A DNA stretch of 64,000 bases from Bacteroidales bacterium (GCA_963676415.1 OY781097.1:1660555-1724554), one strand, 5' to 3'; shown: positions 18,428 to 28,496, numbered from the stretch's first letter. Numbers and translations: made by a program. Notes: generated by a model not told the origin, from the sequence alone.

Positions 18428-19267
18428 TTACCGGACTTTTCCTTCTACCTTTTCCAAAAGCTTCTGAGCATAAGTTTTTGAAACCGGAATGCTGATTTCT
18501 TCTGGTGAATCAAGATACAGTTTATAGCTTCCTCCGCCTGCTTTGCTCAGGTGGTGTACCTTTTTTAAATTAACGATAAAGCTGCGGTGGCAACGGACCA
18601 GATTATATTCCGCAAGTGTATCTTCCAGTCTTTTGAGGCTCGAACGCAATAGATAAACAGCAATTTGTCTTTCTTTGAGGTAACGGATTTCCACATAATT
18701 TTCGCTGGATTCCAGATACAGCAGGTTCTCTGCTTTGATCGTCAGGCGGAGCACGCCGGCTTCATCATAAAAGCTGATGAAAGGATCGGTATAGCCCCTC
18801 ATCAGCTGTTCGATGTTTCGTTTTTTGTCTTTATAAGCAAAAAATAACAGACTGATGATATAGGGGATCAGTAAGATTAGGGAGGTGTTTTGAATGGCAA
18901 TATAAAAAATCTCACCCCAAAAACGGCCATCTTTCAAAACCCATACTTCCAAACTGGTATAAAGGCTAGCCATTAAAGATATTTCTGCTAAAACGAGCAG
19001 CAGATAATTGCCTACAGTAATCTTGTGCACCTTGCTTATTAAGCGGTTTACTACGGTGCGGCTGATAATAACGACAAGCATGCCCCAGAGAACCAGAAGT
19101 GCACTGAAAAAAAGGAATTTTTCTTCACTTACATCATACCATTGACCCGAACCAAAAGGCTTGTAGATATTGATAAACACAAAAGCAAAAATGCTCGTGA
19201 ATACAATTTGAATCGTTGTATTTGATCTGTCAATAAAATAATCCGGTATGCTTTTTCGTAAGTTCAT
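18428..19267 (-). CDS. Membrane-fused LytTR DNA-binding protein (second copy, no receiver domain)
   Basis: 279 aa with about 4 TM helices. C-terminal LytTR signatures: LLYLESSENYVEIRY ... CHRSFIVNLKKV. Confidence 0.8.
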   Translation of the reverse strand: MNLRKSIPDYFIDRSNTTIQIVFTSIFAFVFINIYKPFGSGQWYDVSEEKFLFFSALLVLWGMLVVIISRTVVNRLISKVHKITVGNYLLLVLAEISLMASLYTSLEVWVLKDGRFWGEIFYIAIQNTSLILLIPYIISLLFFAYKDKKRNIEQLMRGYTDPFISFYDEAGVLRLTIKAENLLYLESSENYVEIRYLKERQIAVYLLRSSLKRLEDTLAEYNLVRCHRSFIVNLKKVHHLSKAGGGSYKLYLDSPEEISIPVSKTYAQKLLEKVEGKVR

Positions 19268-19284
19268 CTTGTGTTCTGTCCCTG

Positions 19285-19292
19285 CAAAGATA
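19285..19292 (-). promoter_or_regulatory. -7 box (TAtcTTTG on the minus strand) for the LytTR gene
   Basis: The reverse complement of caaagata is TATCTTTG, 18 nt upstream of the ATG at 19267. Confidence 0.5.
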
Positions 19293-19344
19293 GCACATTA
19301 CTTATTGGATTATTTCAATTCCCTGAAGAAATATATGTAATTAT

Positions 19345-19443
19345 GGGATAAATTTTGTAAAAATGGGATAAAATCATTTATCCCGGGTTTAATGATTTAC
19401 CCCGTATTTTTAAGCTTTATCCCAAAAATGATGACTTCATCCT
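19345..19443. promoter_or_regulatory. Array of six GGGATAAA-type motifs phased at 19-20 bp
   Basis: Forward GGGATAAA at 19345 and 19365. Reverse TTTATCCC at 19377, TTTACCCC at 19396, TTTATCCC at 19416 and TTCATCCT at 19436. The copies at 19365 and 19377 together form a perfect 8-bp palindrome. Confidence 0.6.
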
Positions 19444-19531
19444 AAAATCATTTTCTGTGTCACATCCATTTGCTTCTGCCTCTTGCTTGCATATATCTTG
19501 CAGACGCTAATCAGGCTTAAGATTTCAAGAA

Positions 19532-20668
19532 ATGGAATATTCACAACAGTTCAACTATTTAAAAAAGGCATTCAATCTGGGAAAAGAGCAATGTATTTTC
19601 ACGGAAACAGGAACAGAAGCCTGGAATTTTGATTTTGAATCGGCAACAGAGTTTTCATCAGGGCAGCCCTTGATATATACCGAACCAAACATCAAGCAGA
19701 AATTTGATGGAAATATATCTTTCCGTTATCCGGTTTTTGTGCCTGAACAAAAAAGAAGGCATCATAAAGCAATATTTTTATTTCACGGATTGAATGAACG
19801 AAGCTGGGCAAAATACCTCAGTTGGGCTTCAGAACTTTCGATAAAAAGCGGACAGGCAGTAATTCTTTTCCCGATCGCGTTTCATATGAACCGATCGCCC
19901 CGTGCATGGAGCGATCCCAGAGCCATGTCAAACCTGATGTTCGACCGTAAAAACGGATCCGCTGCCGCAAGCGTGGCCAATGCTGCCCTTAGCTTGCGGC
20001 TGGAACAAAAGCCATCCCTTTTTTGTACTTCCGGTATTCAGAGCTACTACGATACCCTCAAACTCATCGAACAGGTGCGCTCAGGTAATCATCCTCTTTT
20101 GGCCGAAGACTGCAAATTCGATTTCTTCTCTTATTCCATCGGGGCCTTCCTTACACAAATCCTCTTACTGACCAATCCGGATGATATTTTCAGAGACTCG
20201 AAAACAATGTTGTTTTGTGGAGGTTCTAGTTTTGAAGATATGAATGGCATTTCCCGTCTGATTATGGACGATAAAGCTTTCTGCTCTTTGAGGAGTTTCT
20301 ATCTGGATCAGGATACGGAACTAATCCGTAGCGAATTAGGACGAACGTCACTGCAAGGGTTTCAGTATTTATGGCGGTCATTTATTGCGATGTTGCGTAA
20401 AAATTATTTGCGCGAGTTCAGGGAACAATGTTTTGATGGGTTTAAAAACAGGTTTTTGTCCGTCAGCCTTTTGCGCGATCAGGTAATTCCTGCTCAGGCC
20501 GTAAAGGAAAACCTGCGCACTGGCAGCAGGAACCTGAAAAATATTATTCTGGATTTTCCTTATTCCTACTCCCACGAAAATCCTTTTCCAGTTAATAAAC
20601 CAAGTCTTCAGCCACAGGTTGACCGTTCATTCAGGCAAATCATGTCCATAGCAGGTTCATTTTTTTAG
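19532..20668 (+). CDS. Hypothetical protein, possibly alpha/beta-hydrolase fold
   Basis: 378 aa. Weak hints only: FLFHGLNERS and a nucleophile-elbow-like FSYSIGAF. Confidence 0.5.
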   Translation: MEYSQQFNYLKKAFNLGKEQCIFTETGTEAWNFDFESATEFSSGQPLIYTEPNIKQKFDGNISFRYPVFVPEQKRRHHKAIFLFHGLNERSWAKYLSWASELSIKSGQAVILFPIAFHMNRSPRAWSDPRAMSNLMFDRKNGSAAASVANAALSLRLEQKPSLFCTSGIQSYYDTLKLIEQVRSGNHPLLAEDCKFDFFSYSIGAFLTQILLLTNPDDIFRDSKTMLFCGGSSFEDMNGISRLIMDDKAFCSLRSFYLDQDTELIRSELGRTSLQGFQYLWRSFIAMLRKNYLREFREQCFDGFKNRFLSVSLLRDQVIPAQAVKENLRTGSRNLKNIILDFPYSYSHENPFPVNKPSLQPQVDRSFRQIMSIAGSFF

Positions 20669-20971
20669 AATATTTACAGTTTCTGGCTGCCCTCCCCCTG
20701 TTTCTTGACAATAAAAAACGGTCATTTCGACCAAAACAAAAGGCAAAGCGGAGTGTTGCCGGGAGAAATCCAAATTTCCTTATAAACTTATGTAAATGAG
20801 TGCTTGTATATGAGACGGGTCGTAATTCGATGATCTTTGATTATCTAATCCATTTGTAATTGTGCTGTGAATCAACCAATATTTTGATTACAGCCTAATA
20901 TCTTTACAAAACATGAATTCTTGATATAGTTTTAGTATTTTTGCTAAAACCATTTACAAACCAGGAGAAAT

Positions 20972-23900
20972 ATGAACCATTTAAAAAATTGGATGGCATT
21001 AATGGCCTTTTTGCTGTTGATGCCCGCACTTAAGGCGCAGAACGACACCATTTGGGTGCAAACTTTAACCTTTGATTCCATCACAACGCGCCGGGGCATC
21101 TGGGATTTCCCGGAAGAAGAAACCTACCGGAAAATACTGATGTATTATACCCTGAAATGCGACCCCCAGACGACGCATGATAAATACGATTGCGGAGAGT
21201 GGGACTACCTGACTTATTCGGATGTTTTTGAACATACAGGAATTATGGATTCCACGCTCTACCATCAGGCTTCCTTCAGCCTGCTCAACGGACAAAGTTT
21301 TGATTCTTTGGAATTGACAGAACAGGAGCTTTATTATTGGGCGGGCTTTGATCAAAAACATGCCTCATTTGCCGATACGGTTTCCATTGAAGAAGCCCTG
21401 ATAGGAAGTGGGGCGATGTCAAATGCAAACATCCTGAAAAGCGGACTGACCGACAGCCGCATGCAGTTTATCTATAAGGCGGAAGAGCTTTCTGCAGCCG
21501 GACTGACGGCAGGAAGCATTAACAGTATTGCCTTGTTTGCCGACATCAGTGAACCGCTTGTTTTAGAACGTTTGAGGATTGGGGTGAAGCAGGTTTCCTT
21601 TACTGAAATGTCGCCGGCTTTGCTCGTGCATGATGCGCAAATTGTATTTTTCGACAGCCTGTATCTCGAAAACAGCGGCGAAGTTGCACTTACTTTCCAT
21701 GAGGCTTTTGATTGGGACGGAAGCTCTAATATTCTCCTTGACCTGAGTTTTGAATATGATGGAAACGAAGGCGCTTCCGTCAGCCTGCAAGCTGATGATG
21801 CCGGTTTCAACAGTGGAATCAGTACGGCCAAAGATGATTATTGCCTCCGTTTTGATGGCGGTGCAGATTATGCAGCCCTGGAAGATGGCGTTTATTTCAA
21901 TGGTGATTTTTCCATTGAAGCCTGGATCAACAAAAACGGGAATACCAACTGGAGCCGCCTCATTGATTTTGGCAATGGCCCGGCCTCGGATAATGTTATT
22001 TTGGCCTTGTCGCAGGCCACATCAGGCAAAATGAACATGACGGTTTATCATGGCGGAACAAGCAAAGGATTTACAACAGATGAAGCTGTGCCGATGAATG
22101 GCTGGAACCATGTGGCTATGACCATGTGGAACAATATTGGCAAATTCTACCTCAATGGTGAAGTCTTTAAAATGGGTCTGCTCCAGGAGCCAAAAGACAC
22201 CATCAGGGAAAACTGCTATATCGGGCGCAGCAACTGGACAAATGATAAATACGCCAAGGCTAAAATTGATGAACTCCGTATTTATAATTATGCGCGCGAA
22301 CCAGAAGAAATCATAGCTGAAATGCATACAGAACTGTCTGATCCTGAAATCTATCCAGGGCTGATTGCCTATTACGATTTCAATGAAGGCGAAGGAAATA
22401 TGATTCATGACCGAAGTGCTGTTTCTTACGACGGACAAAGCCTTGGGTATCCCGATTGGCACCGCACTCCTGGGCATCAGCGTTACTCGGGTTTTGCGCA
22501 GGACAATATGCGGCCAAAAGTGAGCTTCCGCCACATTGAAAGCTCTGCTTTGGATGTAGTTGGTTATCTCTCAAAGGACAAGCAAAAGGCAGCGCCAACA
22601 CAGCTGAAGGTTTTTGAAAATGATGACGATCCTACGATCCCTAATGATACCATAGAAGTTTATCCCGGAGGGTGGCAGTACGTGTACCGGAACGGTGAAA
22701 AAGCGGATTCCGTTTTTTATACGGTCGGGGACGTGCTCTACAAGCAGATGATCCCTTATTATGGCGAACCGTTTGAAATTATGAACCAATGGGAAATTGG
22801 ACGGTTTATTACGCCTTATGGCATCAATCTGAGCCTCGGAAGTGGATTTACTTGGATTTATGATGTAACGGATTACGTGCATCTCCTTCAAGGCGAAGTA
22901 GAGTTCAGCGCAGGAAACCAGCAGGAACTGATCGATGTGAAATTTGCATTGATCAAAGGGATACCACCGAGAGATGTAATTGATATCAAACGACCGTGGG
23001 GGCCGCGTTCATCGCAGTTGTATAAAAATCTGGATAATGATGTTGTGATGTTTGACACTTTGCTAAATGTTAATGAAAATACGCAGCAGATAAAAATGAT
23101 TACGCGCCTTACCGGACATGGCCACAACAGCAATAATGGCGAATATCCACATTGCTGCGAATGGAAAGACAATACACATTATTTAATGGTAAATGGTGTG
23201 GACAATGCCGATTGGCATATCTGGCAAACCCACGACTGCGCGCTGAATCCTGTGTATCCGCAGGGAGGAACCTGGAACGGAAGCCGCGAAGGATGGTGCC
23301 CCGGTGACCGAGTGAAAGACTGGGAATTTGAAATAGGGAACCAAATCCAAAATGGACAAATTTCTGTGGATTACGACATCACGCCAGTGCCCGAAAGTAA
23401 TCAGGGTATGGGAAACGGCAATTATGTGATGGCGTTTCATTTGGTGGAATATGGCGCATCCACTTTTGATGTTGATGCCGAAGTTTATGATGTGATTACA
23501 CCAAACGATCAGGAATATTACAGCCGCAAAAATCCAATTTGCGCGAACCCGAAAGTCAAAATCCGCAATAATGGAATTACGGAATTGACCACCCTGACAA
23601 TAACTTATGGAATTAGTGGCCGTGAACCTTTGAGTTATAACTGGACAGGTAATCTGGCGCCAAATCATTATGAAACGATTACGCTGCCGGTAGCGAGCGA
23701 AGAATTTTGGATGGGAGACGGACAGAACCTTTTTACCGTAAACCTTAGCCGGCCCAATGGCCAGGCAGATGATTATGCGGATAATGATAGCTATACAACT
23801 CATTTTACCGTACCCGACCTCTATAGTGAGGATTTGGTATTGCACCTGAAAATGAACAAGCAGCCTTATCGCTACAGCATTATCATAAAAGACATCAATA

Positions 23901-24415
23901 ATGAAGAGGTGTATAGCCGCACAGGAATGCAGGCCGATTTGCTTTATACAGATACACTTAATTTTACTGATGGTTGCTATACCCTTGAGCTTATCGATAG
24001 CGAAGGAATGGGATTGTCGTACTGGGCTTATCCCGCTCAAGGAAGCGGCTACCTGCGCATTTTTGATACAGATGGCAACCGTCTGAAGAATTTTAACGGC
24101 GATTTTGGGCGCTCCATCCGTTATTCGTTCAACCTGGGCAATACAACATTCATAAAAGAGCCCAATCTGGATCGTGAAATTACGCTCTATCCAAATCCCG
24201 CCAGCAATATGCTGAATATCCGCGCCAGGCTTTTTGAAGGCGCAACAAACATTACCGCCTGGGATTATCTGGGCAAAAATGTGGGCGAATGGAATTTTAA
24301 AACCAATGACCGGCTGAGCGAAGTAATCAATATATCTTCCTGGGCGCCGGGAATTTACCTATTCCGCATCAGTAACGGCACTTTTACCGAAACCAAAAAA
24401 ATTATGGTCCGATAA
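20972..24415 (+). CDS. Large T9SS-sorted secreted protein with a LamG/ConA-like domain and PNGase-F-related-looking regions
   Basis: 1147 aa with a signal peptide. The LamG-like region contains FSIEAWIN...NWSRLIDFGNG...DELRIYN. The segment GHGHN...CCEW...DCALNPVYPQGGTWNGSREGWCPGDRV resembles PNGase F-type domains, from memory only. The C-terminal T9SS CTD reads ITLYPNPASNMLNI...GIYLFRISNG. Confidence 0.8.
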   Translation: MNHLKNWMALMAFLLLMPALKAQNDTIWVQTLTFDSITTRRGIWDFPEEETYRKILMYYTLKCDPQTTHDKYDCGEWDYLTYSDVFEHTGIMDSTLYHQASFSLLNGQSFDSLELTEQELYYWAGFDQKHASFADTVSIEEALIGSGAMSNANILKSGLTDSRMQFIYKAEELSAAGLTAGSINSIALFADISEPLVLERLRIGVKQVSFTEMSPALLVHDAQIVFFDSLYLENSGEVALTFHEAFDWDGSSNILLDLSFEYDGNEGASVSLQADDAGFNSGISTAKDDYCLRFDGGADYAALEDGVYFNGDFSIEAWINKNGNTNWSRLIDFGNGPASDNVILALSQATSGKMNMTVYHGGTSKGFTTDEAVPMNGWNHVAMTMWNNIGKFYLNGEVFKMGLLQEPKDTIRENCYIGRSNWTNDKYAKAKIDELRIYNYAREPEEIIAEMHTELSDPEIYPGLIAYYDFNEGEGNMIHDRSAVSYDGQSLGYPDWHRTPGHQRYSGFAQDNMRPKVSFRHIESSALDVVGYLSKDKQKAAPTQLKVFENDDDPTIPNDTIEVYPGGWQYVYRNGEKADSVFYTVGDVLYKQMIPYYGEPFEIMNQWEIGRFITPYGINLSLGSGFTWIYDVTDYVHLLQGEVEFSAGNQQELIDVKFALIKGIPPRDVIDIKRPWGPRSSQLYKNLDNDVVMFDTLLNVNENTQQIKMITRLTGHGHNSNNGEYPHCCEWKDNTHYLMVNGVDNADWHIWQTHDCALNPVYPQGGTWNGSREGWCPGDRVKDWEFEIGNQIQNGQISVDYDITPVPESNQGMGNGNYVMAFHLVEYGASTFDVDAEVYDVITPNDQEYYSRKNPICANPKVKIRNNGITELTTLTITYGISGREPLSYNWTGNLAPNHYETITLPVASEEFWMGDGQNLFTVNLSRPNGQADDYADNDSYTTHFTVPDLYSEDLVLHLKMNKQPYRYSIIIKDINNEEVYSRTGMQADLLYTDTLNFTDGCYTLELIDSEGMGLSYWAYPAQGSGYLRIFDTDGNRLKNFNGDFGRSIRYSFNLGNTTFIKEPNLDREITLYPNPASNMLNIRARLFEGATNITAWDYLGKNVGEWNFKTNDRLSEVINISSWAPGIYLFRISNGTFTETKKIMVR

Positions 24416-24440
24416 ACGGCCTTTCCTTTATTGAAGACCG

Positions 24441-24470
24441 CCTGCTTGGGACAGCTGAGCAGGTGTTTTC
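24441..24470 (+). terminator. Probable intrinsic terminator
   Basis: Stem cctgct/agcagg with an 11-nt loop, then tgttttc. This is a weak terminator. Confidence 0.45.
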
Positions 24471-25320
24471 TTGGTGTGTTTATTTACAAAATTGGTGTAA
24501 TATCTTGGAGCGCATAATTATTTAATACCTGTCCATAATATCCTGATTTTGGTTCAGTGTATTTAGCCTGCTCTATTCATAAAATGCAAACAAAATATTG
24601 TAAGCAGCTAAAAATCATGTGTTTACTAATTATATATCCTAAAATTGAATTTGTTTGCATTTTGCATTGCATTAAATCAGGCCATCTTCTTCGTTGCTAA
24701 ATCTTTGAAATAGGCGACTATATCTTCAGCTTTAGATACCTCACATCTGACCTGAATTTAAAGCATGAATAAAGCAGGTTAGGGACGAGGCTTTCTTCCG
24801 AAAGCTTTAGGAATTGAAAATAAGGAGTCCCTGAAGTTTCGGGAGACATTATGGGCAGGAACTATTTAGACCACATTTAAATAAATTAACTTTTTTAATC
24901 TTAATATACATTATTTCAAAATACTGCGTTTTGCAAATGAGCCATAATTATGAAATAAGATGAGCGCAGAAAGAACAGACAGGGAACATGGCGATGCGGG
25001 TATATTAAAAAGCTTTATAAAAGAGGGTTTGGAATATAAAGATTATAATAGCAATTATTTGTGTTCCGCCAACAGAAAAAGCATTAATACGGTTGCAGTC
25101 AATTTGCCAAAAGTGCAATACGAGCAAAACAAGCCTGTATATACACAGAAGAACAGGGTCTATTCTGATTCCTGATAATCCGCGTATAGAACCTTATTTA
25201 CAAGGAATTATTACAAAATATTTGTAAATATGGTTTTTGAATATCATTATTATTTTAAAATCCTCTTTTTCGTTATAAGAATCATTCTATGCATTCACAG
25301 GGATTATCAAACTAAGCATT

Positions 25321-25590
25321 ATGAAAAAAGATCAAATCGTAATATGTCTTGGTAGCAGTTGCTACAGGAGGGGAAACCAGAAAGTGTTGGAAATTGTGAA
25401 AAGCTGGTTGAAAGAAAAGGGGCTGGAAGAGAGCACAGATTTCAGGGGACAGCTTTGTTCCGGTAATTGTGCTCATGGGCCGATTATAAAAATCAATGGA
25501 AAAACCGAACATGAAATCGGGAAAGATTCTATTGTTCACATTCTGGAACAGCATTTTGCTGAAAAACTCAAAAGCATGACAGATGAATAA
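25321..25590 (+). CDS. Thioredoxin-like [2Fe-2S] ferredoxin (NuoE-type fold)
   Basis: 89 aa with four Cys in the pattern C9-x4-C14 ... C46-x3-C50 (CLGSSC ... CSGNC). The gene overlaps the next one by 8 nt. Confidence 0.75.
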   Translation: MKKDQIVICLGSSCYRRGNQKVLEIVKSWLKEKGLEESTDFRGQLCSGNCAHGPIIKINGKTEHEIGKDSIVHILEQHFAEKLKSMTDE

Positions 25591-27304
25591 AATGCAGGCC
25601 ATTTTTACGGAAAAAAACAATTGTCAGGACTGCTATAAATGTGTACGCCGCTGCCCGGTGAAAGCCATTAAAATTGAAAGCCAGCGTGCGTCGGTAATGG
25701 ACGATCTGTGCATTTATTGTGGCGTTTGTGTAGAAGTTTGTCCGGCAGGGGCCAAGAAAATCCGCAACGACCTGAATTCCGCTCGATATCTGATGCGCTC
25801 CGGAAAAAAAGTAATCCTGAGCATGGCTCCTTCCTGGCCACTGGCATTCAATGATTATACGGACGGCCAGCTTTTGCAGGCCATAAAGCAGCTGGGATTT
25901 TATGCTGTATCAGAAACCGCGCTTGGTGCCGAACTGCACAGCCGTGAAGCAGCAAAAATTTTGAAGGAAAATCAGCAATCACTTTGGTTGTCGTCCTGTT
26001 GCCCGACCGTTGTTCAGTTGATTCAGAAATTTTACCCCCAGCACCTCAAACATATTATGCCATTGCAAAGTCCGATGCAATTGCATGCCCGTTATTTGAA
26101 ACAAATTTATGGTGCAGATACTGCCGTGATTTTTGCTGGCCCCTGCATCGCCAAGAAGAAAGAAATTGAAGAAGCCGAAAACTGCACTGATGTAGCCTTG
26201 ACTTTCGATGTTTTGCGCTCCTGGCTGGAGGACGAAGCCCTGATTCCTGATTTTCTTGAAAAGCCGCAAAACCATGCTTCGGGGCAAAGGAATCGCGAAT
26301 CAGCTTTATATCCCGTTGATGGTGGAATGATTGCCGGCCTGAAATCAGGAAGCGGTGTGGTTGAGCAGGAGATGATGACGTTTTCGGGCATTGAGCATGT
26401 GCGCAGTATTTTGCATAGCCTGGATGAACTGAAAGACAAAAAGCTGTTTCTGGAGCTAATGGCCTGTGAAGGGGGCTGCGTTAATGGCCCCGGAAACAAG
26501 CGAAAAACCAATACCGCCGCCGCTCGTTTTGAGATTATCAGCCGGAGGCATTTGCTGGCGGAGGAAAGCATTCCGGAAAACCTTCGTTTAGATGCTTACA
26601 GGCAATTTATGCCGGTGGCCTCAAAAACGGAATGGAAGCACAGCGAGGCAGATATCCGTCGGGCGCTGGCCAGTGTGGATAAACTAAGCCGTGAGGATGA
26701 GCTGAATTGCAGTGGCTGTGGTTATCGAAACTGCCGCGATTTTGCCTGCGCCATGATTGAAGGTAAGGCCGAACGCCAGATGTGCGTTTCCTATATGCGC
26801 AAAGTGGCACAGAATAAAGCCTCTGTATTGCTTCAAAAAATCCCTTATGGCGTTGTTACTGTGGATGAAAACCTGAACATCGTCGAATCCAATGAGCCTT
26901 TTGCCCATATGATTGGCGAGGAAGCCGAACGGATTTTTAATGTAAAACCCGGTATGCAGGGCAGTGACCTGAACAAACTGCTCCCTTTTGCCCGCCTGTT
27001 CGAAGGGCTGATTTTATCCGGCGAGGAAAGCCTAGGCAAGGACATTCATTTTAAAAATGATCTTTACCATCTTTCGGTTTTCAGCATCCAGAAACATAAA
27101 ATCGTTTGTGGTATTTTTCATCGCATCAGCAACCAAAATGGGCTGAGCAAAGAAATGCACGACCGTGTTTATCAGGCGATTTATGAAAATATGATGACTG
27201 CACAGAAAGCGGCCGCACTGCTTGGTGAGAATGCTTCCAAAACGGAATTTTTGCTTCAGTCTGTGCTGGAAGCGTCAAAAAACAAAGCGCAAGATGAAGA
27301 CTAA
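25583..27304 (+). CDS. hydS: Sensory-type [FeFe]-hydrogenase (HydS-like, group C) with an extra Cys cluster and a PAS domain
   Basis: 573 aa. Two ferredoxin motifs (CQDCYKCVRRCP, CIYCGVCVEVCP) are followed by H-cluster motifs SSCCP, GPCIAKKKE and ELMACEGGCVNGPG. Then come CSGCGYRNCRDFAC and a PAS-like region (LLQKIPYGVVTVDENLNIVESNEPFAHMIG). Confidence 0.8.
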   Translation: MNKMQAIFTEKNNCQDCYKCVRRCPVKAIKIESQRASVMDDLCIYCGVCVEVCPAGAKKIRNDLNSARYLMRSGKKVILSMAPSWPLAFNDYTDGQLLQAIKQLGFYAVSETALGAELHSREAAKILKENQQSLWLSSCCPTVVQLIQKFYPQHLKHIMPLQSPMQLHARYLKQIYGADTAVIFAGPCIAKKKEIEEAENCTDVALTFDVLRSWLEDEALIPDFLEKPQNHASGQRNRESALYPVDGGMIAGLKSGSGVVEQEMMTFSGIEHVRSILHSLDELKDKKLFLELMACEGGCVNGPGNKRKTNTAAARFEIISRRHLLAEESIPENLRLDAYRQFMPVASKTEWKHSEADIRRALASVDKLSREDELNCSGCGYRNCRDFACAMIEGKAERQMCVSYMRKVAQNKASVLLQKIPYGVVTVDENLNIVESNEPFAHMIGEEAERIFNVKPGMQGSDLNKLLPFARLFEGLILSGEESLGKDIHFKNDLYHLSVFSIQKHKIVCGIFHRISNQNGLSKEMHDRVYQAIYENMMTAQKAAALLGENASKTEFLLQSVLEASKNKAQDED

Positions 27305-28463
27305 TACAGCCTTTATTGAAATTGAGCATGCCTCTGAGAATAAAAAGGGGCAAATGGTTTGTGGTGATGTTTTCCTCTCGTGCAAAGTGAAAGAAGAAAA
27401 ACGGACCATTGCCGTGCTTTCCGATGGTTTGGGCAGTGGCATAAAGGCAAATGTTCTGGCAACAATGACGGCCAATATGGCCATGAATTTCACATTGCAC
27501 GACCAGCCTGTTGAGCGATCGGCACGATCAATTATCAATACTTTGCCCGAAGATCAGGTGCGCAAGATCAGTTATGCCAGTTTCACCATTGTGGATGTGG
27601 CACATGATGGGGCAATACGTATTATCGAGTATGGAAATCCACAGTTTTTTATTTTGCGCAATGGAAACGTGATAATCCCTGAAACCAAAGCAGAAGCAGG
27701 AATTCAGGAACTTTTTTCGTACCGCCTGAGCGCAGAACTGGGCGACCGTATTATTTTGTTCAGCGATGGTGTAAGCCAATCGGGGATTGGGCAAGCACAA
27801 ATGCCTTTTGGCTGGGAAGACAGTGGCCTCAAGGATTTCGTAAAGGATTATGTGTTGGCATATCCGGATGTTTCGGCCGCGAAACTTAGCCGGCGCATTT
27901 TGGCCGAAGCCCTTAAAAATGATGGCTATAAAGCAGCTGATGATATTACCTGCGCAGTAATTTATTTCCGTGAACCGCGTAAAATGATGATCATAAGCGG
28001 ACCGCCTTATACTAAGGAGCATGATAAATTGATGGCAGATACCATTACTGAATTTCAGGGAACAAAAATCGTTTGTGGCGGAACAACAGCACAGATTCTG
28101 GGACGGGAATTCCAGCGTGAAATTGAAGTTGATATGAACCAAATTGGTGGTGATCTGCCACCAACAGCCCAAATGGAGGGCGTTGACCTTATTACCGAAG
28201 GCATTCTTACCCTCGGTCGTCTGGATCAGTATCTAGAAAAAGGATGTCCTGAAGACGGCTTATCAAAAAATCCGGCGGCAATGATATTTCACCATTTGAT
28301 GGAAAATGATGAAATCCGTTTCCTGATCGGAACAAGTATCAATCCCTCGCATCAGGATCCCGATTTGCCCGAAGAACTGGAAATCCGCAGGAATGTTATA
28401 AAAAAAATCGCAGCATGTCTGGAAGAAAAATATCTTAAAGACATCAAAATCAATTATATATAA
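27294..28463 (+). CDS. PP2C/SpoIIE-family serine phosphatase
   Basis: The start is moved to ATG 27294 (MKTNTAFIEI), which overlaps the hydS stop by 11 nt. Motifs: CGDVF, AVLSDGLGSGIKANV, LFSDGVSQSG and DDITCAVIYF. The C-terminal ~150 aa are of unknown function. Confidence 0.8.
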   Translation: MKTNTAFIEIEHASENKKGQMVCGDVFLSCKVKEEKRTIAVLSDGLGSGIKANVLATMTANMAMNFTLHDQPVERSARSIINTLPEDQVRKISYASFTIVDVAHDGAIRIIEYGNPQFFILRNGNVIIPETKAEAGIQELFSYRLSAELGDRIILFSDGVSQSGIGQAQMPFGWEDSGLKDFVKDYVLAYPDVSAAKLSRRILAEALKNDGYKAADDITCAVIYFREPRKMMIISGPPYTKEHDKLMADTITEFQGTKIVCGGTTAQILGREFQREIEVDMNQIGGDLPPTAQMEGVDLITEGILTLGRLDQYLEKGCPEDGLSKNPAAMIFHHLMENDEIRFLIGTSINPSHQDPDLPEELEIRRNVIKKIAACLEEKYLKDIKINYI

Positions 28464-28496
28464 AGATCTCATTCAAGAAGAACAATCAAAATTCTT

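Noticed and set aside
23183-24040. Long antisense ORFs nested in large genes (for example 23183..24040, 22022..22534, 36168..36731, 40008..40736, 42044..42715, 44130..44840, 53032..53736, 27528..28172)
   Set aside because: All lie fully inside, and antisense to, genes with strong motif support. They have Cys/His/Phe-rich shadow-frame composition and no motifs.
24781-24832. Riboswitch-like nested stem structure upstream of the hydrogenase operon
   Set aside because: It matches no riboswitch consensus I know. It lies about 500 nt from the first start codon. The stems are short (6 bp) and could arise by chance. I kept it only as a detail of the long-leader observation.
24960-25175. 71-aa ORF in the leader of the hydrogenase operon
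   Set aside because: It has no recognisable motif, signal or partner. It could be real, but nothing in the sequence supports calling it.
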